A stretch of DNA of 64,000 bases from Phycisphaerales bacterium (GTDB lineage: Bacteria; Planctomycetota; Phycisphaerae; WQYP01). Both the position numbers and the translations under genes were made by a program. A model generated the notes under the pieces. That model made no database searches, was not told where the DNA came from, and was given only the letters and a program-made list of their open reading frames with translations. This document shows positions 51,001 to 59,940 of this stretch, one piece after another; positions within the stretch are counted from its first letter, which is position 1, and every line of letters starts with the position of its first letter. The stretch lies in the NCBI GenBank assembly GCA_027451365.1, contig DAIDJN010000054.1, positions 3,690 to 67,689 on the forward strand, written 5' to 3'.

Positions 51001-52566
51001 GTTGAGATTTGAGGCGGCATTCTGATTTAATGTTCCGCCGGCGTACACGGTGATGGTTCCACCATACAGATCTGCATTGGTGGTCAGGGTTAATGTACCG
51101 GTGCCAGCAGCGCCGGTCGCGGTGCCGCCGACAAAAATGGACTTTGCACTTATAGTCCCATCAGAAGTTACATTTCCGTTAGAACCGGCTTGCGCGCCGA
51201 TAAACATTTGATTGATTGCGACATCGGCCCCGGTACCTAAAGTCAGACTGCCGCTGCCGGTATTCCCGACAATCAGATTATTGTTGGGGACATCCAGAGT
51301 TTGTCCAGACCCCAGCGAAAGACTTGTCCCCAGCGGACCGCCGGTGTCAATGATCAGGTCTGAATTGGTGATGCTTAATTTACCACCGGTGAACACAATA
51401 GTTCCGCCACCGTTGGTCAGGGCACCGGTATCCAGTTCGCCGCCGGAAATGGTCAATGAAGCTCCAGTGGCGACATTTGTGGTGCCGGAAATGGTCAATA
51501 TCTGGCCGGGAACGGTTTGCGGGGTCGCGCCGGTATATGGAACGTATGTAGTGGAATTCAGCGTGACCGCCGAGCCGAGCAGTCCGCCTCCGCCAACGGT
51601 TAAATTGCTGTTGGTTAAATCCAGTGTGCCGCCGGCAAAATTCAGCGTGCCGGAATTGATGATCGATGCGGTCCTTAGTTCTCCACTGTTTAAAGTGACC
51701 GTGGATCCGCTGTAAATGGTGGTCGCACCGGTGACCTGTACGCCATAGGAGCTGCTTCCATACAGGCCATTGCTGCCGTTAATAAGCAATGTGCCCGCAC
51801 CACCGCCGCCGATGGAGCTGCCGCCCACATACAGATTTCCGGTCACATTTAGGCCCGATGCGCTTCCGCCGCCACTGCATCCTCCGACATTGCTCATTTC
51901 AATATCTACTTTGCCAATCGAACCGGTCAGCGCGGCAATATCCACATCTCCACCGACGCTGGCGTAACCCGAGTTAACGGTTAAGGTGCCATTGCCGCCA
52001 TAGCCGACAGCCATCGATCCGGAAAGCCGCAAGGCGTTACCGCCAAAACTGGTGCCCGGGTTGCCAATGTTCATAACGCCCACACTGCCGCTGCTTTCGC
52101 CAATGGTGGCGTTCACGCCGGAAACCGGTTCAAATCCGCTGGTTCCCAGGGTTAAGGTTGCCGCAGTGTCGGTGGCACTATCGCCGACAACAAGCGATTC
52201 ATTTCCTGAACCGATTCCACCTGTTCCACTCAGGGTGTAAATATATCCACCGGACGCGAGGCTGACGGTGTTGTTATCCACAAGCATCTGGCTGGAATAG
52301 GTGGCGGCACCAAGCGATACGGTATAGGCGCTTCCCGTACCAAGATCGAACACCGCGATATTCGCCGCCGTCGGCACGCTGCCCGTGCTCCAGTTGCCGG
52401 TGGTTTGAAACATGCCATTGCCCGCATTGCCGGTCCAGTTATCGGGTGTCGACGGCGTCACCGACGAGGCGATGGCCGGTCCGGAAATTGCAATTGCGGC
52501 GGCGAGGCTTAATAAACCAAGGCGACGGCCGGAAATTTCGGATTTAAACGACAAGTCGGTTCGCAT
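48019..52566 (-). CDS. Large (1515 aa) Gly/Thr/Asn-rich beta-repeat PEP-CTERM surface protein
   Basis: Signal peptide, NWTG..GNWS, repeated NSGT.DA..GTLEATNGGTL units; tail TPEPAALAIIAVGGLALLARRR. Confidence 0.9.
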   Translation of the reverse strand: MRTDLSFKSEISGRRLGLLSLAAAIAISGPAIASSVTPSTPDNWTGNAGNGMFQTTGNWSTGSVPTAANIAVFDLGTGSAYTVSLGAATYSSQMLVDNNTVSLASGGYIYTLSGTGGIGSGNESLVVGDSATDTAATLTLGTSGFEPVSGVNATIGESSGSVGVMNIGNPGTSFGGNALRLSGSMAVGYGGNGTLTVNSGYASVGGDVDIAALTGSIGKVDIEMSNVGGCSGGGSASGLNVTGNLYVGGSSIGGGGAGTLLINGSNGLYGSSSYGVQVTGATTIYSGSTVTLNSGELRTASIINSGTLNFAGGTLDLTNSNLTVGGGGLLGSAVTLNSTTYVPYTGATPQTVPGQILTISGTTNVATGASLTISGGELDTGALTNGGGTIVFTGGKLSITNSDLIIDTGGPLGTSLSLGSGQTLDVPNNNLIVGNTGSGSLTLGTGADVAINQMFIGAQAGSNGNVTSDGTISAKSIFVGGTATGAAGTGTLTLTTNADLYGGTITVYAGGTLNQNAASNLNDSIDILTGGHMNTTGSSFLYAADLTNAGLVEVQNGSLEFTGTGPLANGGGTIQADSGTTVQLFAITVGGGSLAGNGSFVATSATLDGTPTGGLTNNSTINVADSGSATAAYSLTLQGTITNNGQINITSTGDATWLYINGPTTIAGKGTITLADNGGNTAFLGGSPTNISDSLINQGTVQGSGTVGNSSATNFDLNSFANSGTVDANATGKTLLLGGANSFTNTGTLEATNGGTLAFASNAIIGDGGGTILASGTGSVVALNGSQVQGGTLNEVAGGVIKIFGSGHYQTTRFDGSVSPLTLASNFSVNPSDTLDLSGNITLDGSLSTLPAGGGYGAGTVDFRGATTLSGSGGIIMASGSYLEGYDSNSTLTNQATISGAGRIVGFSNSFLLNNSGTVNANVSGATLYIYSNGGNSGITNSGTLEATGGATLDLGGSLIANSSGNILASGTGSVLNLDRATILGGSLSATGGGSVALNGGIVQGGTLTTDANSQIYANSGTLDGTTTPVTLNGNLNALNSGIYSGGLTLKGTINNSGTMIFHSGELLSISGNVVLNGSGVLQLNDNNGSAALLQGADFQGTDSLTNNSIIQGAGTIGDPAGNYNVGLVNTGTIDADVNGQTLNIYGTVTNSGTLEATNGGTLYVHTNYTQTAGVTYFGGGGGGGGGGGGGGGVLFGGNFTLGGGYGFGGGDGGSFSGSFYNTGGSFGPGNPQYGGGLSGVAGVFTIVNNYSGSSNASTDFHIGGTGQGTASNGYDYLVIGGTMTAGGQLGVQFVNNFQKTITSGDSFTIIKATGGITGSFSNAISGGTVETTDGFGSFNVSYGPGASQPNEVILSNFAFTPGGGGSPGTAKIGTALGNGGESFSNVYSGSWIDPAGETLVYTMTSGALFTKIDAFRSGYDNLTITVDGTTYTGFGGDAGSTNTFDFSSLAGGGATTFSIGNIVPGTNPFAVQLEFNTPQASFTVTPASTPEPAALAIIAVGGLALLARRRIAGR
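48988..49032 (-). repeat. (GGY)15 trinucleotide run encoding poly-Gly
   Basis: ACC/GCC run on the plus strand. Confidence 0.9.
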
Positions 52567-53377
52567 GATGGCTCCTTTGCGTACAAGCGGTTGGATTGTA
52601 AAGCCCGATTGTTCACAATCAGGCAGTAAATATATCTGTAATAGTCAATAGTTTCTCTTCGCGCCCGCGTGATTGCCCTGATTTCCGATGGGCATCTGAT
52701 TGCCGGCAAGGAGCCGTATGATGCTGGTTAAAAATCAGGGTGAATCGTTCCAGGCAATTTCGGGTCAGTTGCGGCCATACAGGCAGATCTGCGGAGTTCC
52801 GCCGAGGTGAATGCCAGGCCCACGACACAAACCGCGGGGCCGCCGATTTGCACGGGCCATTGCCCGAACATTCTGTGCGATCAGACAGGAACCAACCTGT
52901 GCCGGCGGCAAACATCACTGCTGCTCTCCAAGGTCATTGCGGGAGTCGCAACCGGGTTTCGACCGTACCATTCCGTGGCAGATATGACGAATTGATTTTG
53001 AGATAACTGCTCTCAACACCCATTATTCTCATATTTCCAATGTTCCGCGTGTTTCCGGTTGCACCAAATACCGCAACGAACTGTGGCCAGTTTAACCCTC
53101 ACCGCAGACTTTGTCAAAAACAATCCTAGATAACTGGATGGCTTCAGATATTTGACCGCTTGCCTGCGGCCCATTTTGGGGCGATTCGCCACGCCCCCGA
53201 CGGCTTGCCGGCACACCGGGCGGATTCGGAATCTGGCAAGGTCACCGTTGGGCGTGCGGAAGTATGCCCTGGCTGGAAACCGCCGAGGTCCGGAAGGCCG
53301 CAATTGACCGATGGTACGCAGACCGGGGGCGGCCAGTTTTGCGGGCCGCAGCCCGTCTGGTAAACTGAAAAGCGAAA

Positions 53378-54049
53378 ATGACCGACCGATCGCCTGCTGC
53401 TGAATTCCATGCAATCAAACCCGTCATAGGTTTGACCGGCGGAATCGGCGCGGGAAAGTCTGCCGTGGCCCAGGCATTTGGCCAGATTGGCTGTGCGATT
53501 ATTGATTCGGACCGTCTGGCCCATGAAGCAATTGATGAGCCAATAAATATTGCGCAATTGCGAAACTGGTGGGGAGATGCCATTTTGACGACCGGCGGGC
53601 GGGTAAACCGTGCGGCGGTCGGACGAATTGTATTTGCCGACCATGCGCAATTGCAACGATTAAACGGACTGTTGCACCCGGTGGTGCTGGAGAAGAGAAA
53701 AATTCTTGTGCGAAAATACCAGTTGCAGTCGCAAATTCAGGCGATCATAATGGATACGCCATTGCTTTTGGAAAATGGCCTGCAAACTGAATGCGACGCA
53801 GTTGTTTTCGTAAATGCGTCAGATAGTGTTCGATTCAGTCGTGTGCAGGCGGCCCGCGGCTGGAATGCCGAGCAGTTGCGGGCACGGGAAAAAAATCAAC
53901 TGTCGCTGGACATAAAACGCAAAATGGCGCAATATGTTATTGAAAATGATGGTGATCCGTCGGCCACCCTCATCCAAGTCCGCCAGACGCTTGATCAGAT
54001 TTTATCCAGGTTTAAGCGGTTGCGGATTTCGCCTGAAACGTTGCACTGA
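53378..54049 (+). CDS. coaE: Dephospho-CoA kinase
   Basis: IGLTGGIGAGKS, DSD.LAH, LHP, PLLLE, VIEND. Confidence 0.95.
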   Translation: MTDRSPAAEFHAIKPVIGLTGGIGAGKSAVAQAFGQIGCAIIDSDRLAHEAIDEPINIAQLRNWWGDAILTTGGRVNRAAVGRIVFADHAQLQRLNGLLHPVVLEKRKILVRKYQLQSQIQAIIMDTPLLLENGLQTECDAVVFVNASDSVRFSRVQAARGWNAEQLRAREKNQLSLDIKRKMAQYVIENDGDPSATLIQVRQTLDQILSRFKRLRISPETLH

Positions 54050-54195
54050 TTCCAATTGAAATGGTGGTAACGCGAGAAAACAGTTGGGCTGAAACATTTC
54101 AGCGGAAATGCGAAAAGTCGTTTTGCATATGCAGGTGACCGTCGACAGCCAGCGGCTGCGGTATTAAGTGGTTGTCGATACTGCAAAACGTGCTC

Positions 54196-54224
54196 TTGCC
54201 AATTGGTGAATGGTTTGCTACTAT
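54196..54224 (+). promoter_or_regulatory. Putative sigma70 promoter for the rho leader
   Basis: TTGCCA, 17 bp, TACTAT with an extended-10 TG. Confidence 0.5.
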
Positions 54225-54570
54225 ACTGCACGGGTTGAGCGAGAACCAAGCCATGCAGCCCTTGGGTTTCCCAAAATGTATCGGTAAAGAATTCATTTGA
54301 AGTTCTATTTGAGTTCTAAAGGGTTTGCCCGGTTTTGACCGATAATTGAGTCAGGTGAAGCAACCCTTTGTTTGACTCCAGACGGCCACAGCGGCCGAAA
54401 AGGCGTTATTCAGCAGCAATCACACTTGTCACATAAACATTCCCAGGTCGAAGGCACTGTGCAATTGACCTGTCTTATTGGATTCCCGGACGGTTGTTTC
54501 ACTTTTCCGCCGGGTGAATGGGTTTTCCCCATAACATTTGCCGCAAAAGTATTTAACAGGAGGCCATATC

Positions 54571-56115
54571 ATGGCACGTACCACAAAAAAGAAAGCAGCT
54601 CCCGCACCCGTTGAGGAAGCACCAGCCAGCGCGACCGAAGTGCTTGAAGCCCCCGATTCCGCACAAACCGCCGTCGAAGAACCTGCCGCTAAAGCCGAAG
54701 CGGCTGCGACACCCGCGGCTGAAGTTGACGGCAACCGAATCCCCGGCATGATGGATGAAGCCCTGATCGGCTCGGCGATGGTCGGTGCCGGACCGATAGA
54801 GGAAGATGAGATCATCTACGATGAAGAGACACATCAGAAATATGAACAGGTGAAACGCAGCGAATTGCACCTGATTGACCTGCAGAAGATGACGGTTTCC
54901 GAGTTGCACGAAATTTGCAAAAAGGAAGTCATTGAAGACTATATTGGTCTTAAAAAACAGGACCTTATCTTCAAGATTCTTAAGAAACGCATCACCGATA
55001 ACGGCATGATGGTGGGTGAAGGCGTTCTGGAAATTCTGCCCGACGGCTTCGGCTTTCTGCGGTCGCCGGAATACAACTATATCCCGTGCCCGGATGATAT
55101 TTACGTATCTCCTTCACAGATCCGCCGCTTTGGTCTGCGGAACGGCAACATAATTACCGGGCAGATCCGTCCTCCCAAGGAATCGGAACGTTATTTCGCG
55201 CTTCTGCGGGTGGAAGCCATCAATTTTGAAGACCCCAATATGCTCACCGAAAAGGTGAACTTTGAAGACTTAACGCCACTGCACCCCAACAAACGGTTTT
55301 TCCTGGAAACGACGCCGGAAGAAATCAACATGCGCATTGTGGATATTGTCACACCTATCGGCAAAGGCCAGCGCATGCTGATTGTCGCGCCACCGCGGAC
55401 AGGCAAAACTGTGCTGCTGCAGAAAATCGCCAATGCCATCAGCACCAATCATCCGGAAGTTTATCTTATTATATTGCTGATCGACGAACGGCCTGAAGAA
55501 GTGACCGAAATGCAACGCGCCACCAAGGCGGAAGTGGTCAGCTCCACGTTTGATGAACCGGCCAGCCGCCATGTCAGCGTGGCGGAAACCGTTATTGAAA
55601 AAGCCAAGCGGCTGGTGGAATATGGCCGCGATGTGGTGATTCTGCTGGACTCGATTACCCGTCTGGCCCGCGCGTACAACACGGAAGTGCCTCATTCAGG
55701 TAAAATCCTGACCGGTGGCGTGGACGCCAACGCCTTGCAGAAACCGAAGCGATTTTTCGGTGCGGCCCGCAATATTGAAGAAGGCGGTTCGCTTACCATT
55801 ATCGGCACCGCTCTGGTGGACACCGGTTCAAAAATGGACGAAGTCATCTTTGAAGAATTCAAAGGTACCGGCAACAGCGAACTGCATCTGGATCGCCGCC
55901 TCGTCGAACGGCGTACCTATCCGGCCATCAATATCGCGGCAAGCGGAACCCGTAAAGAGGAACTGCTGCTGGATAAACGAGAACTGGAGCTGATTTACCG
56001 TCTGCGCAAAGTCCTTTCGGACATGAACGCGATTGAAGCGGTTGAACTGCTGAAAAACCGGTTGGAGAAAAAAGGCACCAACCGCGAATTTCTGCTTACG
56101 ATGAATCTGGATTAA
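54571..56115 (+). CDS. rho: Transcription termination factor Rho
   Basis: [55 protein letters not shown]; AGGAGG RBS before ATG 54571. Confidence 0.98.
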   Translation: MARTTKKKAAPAPVEEAPASATEVLEAPDSAQTAVEEPAAKAEAAATPAAEVDGNRIPGMMDEALIGSAMVGAGPIEEDEIIYDEETHQKYEQVKRSELHLIDLQKMTVSELHEICKKEVIEDYIGLKKQDLIFKILKKRITDNGMMVGEGVLEILPDGFGFLRSPEYNYIPCPDDIYVSPSQIRRFGLRNGNIITGQIRPPKESERYFALLRVEAINFEDPNMLTEKVNFEDLTPLHPNKRFFLETTPEEINMRIVDIVTPIGKGQRMLIVAPPRTGKTVLLQKIANAISTNHPEVYLIILLIDERPEEVTEMQRATKAEVVSSTFDEPASRHVSVAETVIEKAKRLVEYGRDVVILLDSITRLARAYNTEVPHSGKILTGGVDANALQKPKRFFGAARNIEEGGSLTIIGTALVDTGSKMDEVIFEEFKGTGNSELHLDRRLVERRTYPAINIAASGTRKEELLLDKRELELIYRLRKVLSDMNAIEAVELLKNRLEKKGTNREFLLTMNLD

Positions 56116-56200
56116 CCGCTACGCGGCATTGACGGCGTGGCGAATATTTTCGGGAAGTCAGGGTATTATTTAGCGGCTGGCAAAAAGCGGCAGATTTGCG

Positions 56201-57397
56201 ATGATGACCAAAGCGAACACCCAATCGCCGCCTGTTTACAGCGCCGCACCCGGTCGCACGGGTAAGCCCGTTGTCCTTTGGCTTCAGCCCGGCCCCGAAC
56301 ACTATTTTGTGGCCATGCTGGACAAACTCAACACCATGTCGGGATCGGTTCGCTTTCACGCGCTTTACCTGAACGATGAAAAGCCAAATTCAGCTCCGCA
56401 ACTCGTGCTGAAACATACGCCTGCCACTTTTGTCGGATCGCGGAGGGCGTCAAACGGAATCGCCGCCCGGTCCGTGCTGGACGCAATCAGTTTTGATGCC
56501 GCCATTGTTGGCGGATACAACACCGCCTTTCGCCGCGCGGCAATTCGATATTGCGGTACCCGTGGACTGCCCGTGGTCATGTTTGCCGACAGCAATTTGC
56601 GATCCGACCGGGGAACCGCAATAAAAACAAAACTCAAACGGCTGGTCAAGCATCTTTACCTGCGGCGACTCTGCCGTTCTTTGGATGCGATTGTGCCATG
56701 CAACCGGCTCGGAATTGCTTATTGGCGCTATTATGGCGCCCAACCGCGGCAGATTCACAGAAGTACCTATTTCTGCAGCCTGCCGGATCTTGCCGCTGCC
56801 GAACAGACCAGTCGCGCCCGCGTACTGGAACGCTATCAGATTCCCATCAACAGTCGCGTGCTGTTTACCGCCGCGCGGCTGGTGCCGGTGAAGGCCTTGC
56901 ATCTGATGATTCAGGCATTTACCGAAGCGAAGTTCGGAGATAAAGGCTGGATTTGGTTGATCGCCGGTTCCGGGCCATTGCGCGATGAACTGACAGCCGC
57001 CGCAAAAAGGGCGGCCGGAGACCGCATACGCTTTCTGGGATTTGTACCACCCGAGGATGTCAAGGCCCTGGCGCGGCACAGCGAGCTTTTCGTACTGCCA
57101 TCCATTTATGAGCCTCACGGAATTGTCGTACCCGAAGCGCTGGCCGTGGGAACTCCAGTGATTGCATCCGACATATGCGGTGCGGCACATGATCTGGTGG
57201 AGGAAGGAAAGACCGGCTGGATTTTCAAAAACGGATCGGTGCAAAGCCTTCGCGAAAAACTGGTGCTCGCAACAGATAATCTGGAGGGGTTGGCCGCGAT
57301 GCGGCCCGCGTGCCGTGCCAGGTTTCTGGCCTGGTACGAACGCTTCGGCCCCGAGCATGTCTTCCCCGAACTTCTGCGTCGGCTTCTAATCCGTTAG
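56201..57397 (+). CDS. GT4 glycosyltransferase
   Basis: ARLVPVKA, GSGPLR, FVLPSIYEPHGIVVPEA..G.PVIAS. Confidence 0.9.
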   Translation: MMTKANTQSPPVYSAAPGRTGKPVVLWLQPGPEHYFVAMLDKLNTMSGSVRFHALYLNDEKPNSAPQLVLKHTPATFVGSRRASNGIAARSVLDAISFDAAIVGGYNTAFRRAAIRYCGTRGLPVVMFADSNLRSDRGTAIKTKLKRLVKHLYLRRLCRSLDAIVPCNRLGIAYWRYYGAQPRQIHRSTYFCSLPDLAAAEQTSRARVLERYQIPINSRVLFTAARLVPVKALHLMIQAFTEAKFGDKGWIWLIAGSGPLRDELTAAAKRAAGDRIRFLGFVPPEDVKALARHSELFVLPSIYEPHGIVVPEALAVGTPVIASDICGAAHDLVEEGKTGWIFKNGSVQSLREKLVLATDNLEGLAAMRPACRARFLAWYERFGPEHVFPELLRRLLIR

Positions 57398-57458
57398 CCA
57401 CAACCGATGCAATTGGCCCAACCGGGCCGCCTGCCAAACCCAATCTGTCGCGTGTCGG

Positions 57459-59759
57459 CTATTTCGCCGTCAGTCGGACAAACAGTCGGCCGTTGGTGGC
57501 TGTTGGCGAAATCACACCGCGCTGACGGACATCCGGAACAGGAATGGCCCGCCGCACATCCGGAACAAACAGTCGGGTCAGTCGAATATGAAAAATGCCG
57601 GTGGTGCGGTTAAAGGTTTCAGAAAATACGCGGCACATTCTGGCCGCCAGGACTTTCGGCTTGCTTTTGGCATACCCGCTGAGGGTCACACTGGTCTCCT
57701 GCGGTGCGGTATTCACCAGAACATCCATGGCCTGTTTGCCGGAATGAACCATGGCGATGCGTTGTTGACTCATGGAGGCAAACAACGATGTATCGCCCAG
57801 CAACGCGATCCCGCAGGGCAACACCGGCGATATAACATCATATTGCCATCCCGAACGCTTCAGTTGTTCGCGAATCTGAAGACCACCCGCGGCCAAATGC
57901 CCTGTCTGCTTAAACCAGTTGTAGACAAAAACCGGCCCGGTACCCGGCAGTTGAACCGGACAGGTCGCACCGTCTGATTTTCGTCGATACATAAATAGAT
58001 AATAAACCCTGTCTCCGGCATCGGAATATGTGGTTGCAACCAGCGGAAGGTGTTTATCCGCGGCATCCGCCAGAATGGTTTGGTCGGTCACCACCAGTGG
58101 CATATCGGGTTTCACGATCAGGCCGTCGGGCAGCACAGCGCGGAGCACGTTTTTTCTGGAGGATTTTCCAATGGGGTCTCCCACGCCCACCGGCCCTCCG
58201 GACAGCACTGCCAACAGCATGTTGCCGGTTTGCGGACTGTTAAATACATCCACCCATGGCCAAATGCCCAGCGCCCTGGCATAGGCGGAAGTGTAAAGGT
58301 CATGACTCCACCGCGCCGGCATAAAATGGTCGTCGCTGACCCGGATGGAAGTCAGATTTGCATAACGCGCCCCCTGCAGAAAGAAACGGGCCGTGGGCAT
58401 GCAATACTGCATGTCGATGCCCTGTTTTGCCATGGCGGCCGCCATGTAACCGGTGAATGCGTCGCCGGCCCATAACGTATTGCCGAGTTTCGGAGAGGCC
58501 TTGTAAATATCGTTCAGCCAGTCCTGTTCAAATAAATGTACGCCGTTTCTATGCAGATATGCGGCCACATGATTCCAATAGCGCGGATCGATCGCCGCAA
58601 TTCCCGATATTTTATAAATCCGATGGTAAGGACTCCGATGCGCAATCCAGCGGCAATGCACGCCCAGCGGAGTTCTGTCAATGGATCGGTCAAACCCGGC
58701 CAAACCCTGGGGAAAAAGCTCCTTTGCGGCATGATAACGGTAGATGCCTCCATACACATTCCAGCTTTGCGCCGGCAGCCGCGGATTCATCGCCCGCAAT
58801 TTTCCCCCATTGAAATAATGGTCTGATTTCGGGTACCACCAACTGTCCAGTTGCATGTAATGCAGGGGAACGATATGTTTTTTGAAATAAGTGTACACCT
58901 TGTCCAGCGTGCCGGTGTAGCCGATCTTTGTATCATAATTATAGTAATACGTTGCGCCGTTGTCGGTCCAATAGCCAAAATATTTCAGGAAGACATCCGC
59001 CTGATTCCCCGGCCGTTTGACGCCGCGGATTTTATTCAGGTCCCGTCCCCATTTATCCAGTGTGTTTTCAATGCCGTGGCCGGCCACCAGAAGCGTGCGA
59101 TGTTTAAAGCCCGCCGGCACTGTTTTAATGCCGGGGTTTAATTCATCCGCCGCCAGTTTGATGCCGTTTCCGGTCATTTGCGAAACCATATCGCAAGAAC
59201 CGGGCGACATGATCCATGTCATACGTTTCGCGTTAAAAAATATCCAAGGCGTACTGGTCTGGGCCAGTTGAAAAGTATGCGGCGTCATGACGCGGTTGGC
59301 GTAGCTGAAATGGTATTTCATGACCGGCAGGCGGGTCAGTTGCGGAAAAATGGCATTCACCGCGGGTGTCGGGGTGCTGGTTCGCACCGAGAAAAGCACG
59401 CAGGGATTGCCTTTATAACTACGAATGGAACCGAACAGAGTGGCCGCATTCTGATGCCATTGAAATGTGGTGGACCGGTATTGGCCCAGACCATCGGAGC
59501 CGGTGGCAACAGCCACGTGCTCGGCCGGGCCTGGCAACGTCCCGCCAAAGACCATATCCGCATCCGGAAACCGGATGGTATAGGTTCCGGTTGCAGCCTG
59601 AATGCGGACGTGCGCGCCAGCCGCGGGGGCCGCCTGAACCGGATGAATGGCGCCCGCAAAACAGGCCATAATTGCCAGAACACCGGCGCGGCTGATTTGC
59701 GGAATGCCGTTGCGTTGTGCGCCAGCCGAATGCTTCCACCTGAGAATCGCCATGGTCAT
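57459..59759 (-). CDS. Secreted putative glycoside hydrolase (GH36/Sip1-like barrel)
   Basis: Signal peptide; GYWTDNGA.YYY, QLDSWWY, EQDWL, QYCM, RVSDD, SGGPVGVGD. Confidence 0.7.
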   Translation of the reverse strand: MTMAILRWKHSAGAQRNGIPQISRAGVLAIMACFAGAIHPVQAAPAAGAHVRIQAATGTYTIRFPDADMVFGGTLPGPAEHVAVATGSDGLGQYRSTTFQWHQNAATLFGSIRSYKGNPCVLFSVRTSTPTPAVNAIFPQLTRLPVMKYHFSYANRVMTPHTFQLAQTSTPWIFFNAKRMTWIMSPGSCDMVSQMTGNGIKLAADELNPGIKTVPAGFKHRTLLVAGHGIENTLDKWGRDLNKIRGVKRPGNQADVFLKYFGYWTDNGATYYYNYDTKIGYTGTLDKVYTYFKKHIVPLHYMQLDSWWYPKSDHYFNGGKLRAMNPRLPAQSWNVYGGIYRYHAAKELFPQGLAGFDRSIDRTPLGVHCRWIAHRSPYHRIYKISGIAAIDPRYWNHVAAYLHRNGVHLFEQDWLNDIYKASPKLGNTLWAGDAFTGYMAAAMAKQGIDMQYCMPTARFFLQGARYANLTSIRVSDDHFMPARWSHDLYTSAYARALGIWPWVDVFNSPQTGNMLLAVLSGGPVGVGDPIGKSSRKNVLRAVLPDGLIVKPDMPLVVTDQTILADAADKHLPLVATTYSDAGDRVYYLFMYRRKSDGATCPVQLPGTGPVFVYNWFKQTGHLAAGGLQIREQLKRSGWQYDVISPVLPCGIALLGDTSLFASMSQQRIAMVHSGKQAMDVLVNTAPQETSVTLSGYAKSKPKVLAARMCRVFSETFNRTTGIFHIRLTRLFVPDVRRAIPVPDVRQRGVISPTATNGRLFVRLTAK

Positions 59760-59940
59760 CCGCCCTTTTTCTTCTGATGTTTATATCCGACTGTGGTCAG
59801 AACGGATATAAATCGTAAACGGGATTGAATTTGCGGGCAAACCAGCACAGACCGGGCGGGCGGGCGAATATCTGGCTCGGCACGCGAATGCCATTTGTGA
59901 CGGATCGGTCGACCGTCCCGATGCGGCAATGCAATCCGCC

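Noticed and set aside
53285-53305. AGGTCCGGAAGG resembling SRP RNA helix 8
   Set aside because: The flanking conserved bases differ (GAGG..GGCCGCAA versus CAGG..GGAAGCAG) and I could not build the long SRP stem. An Rfam search would settle it.
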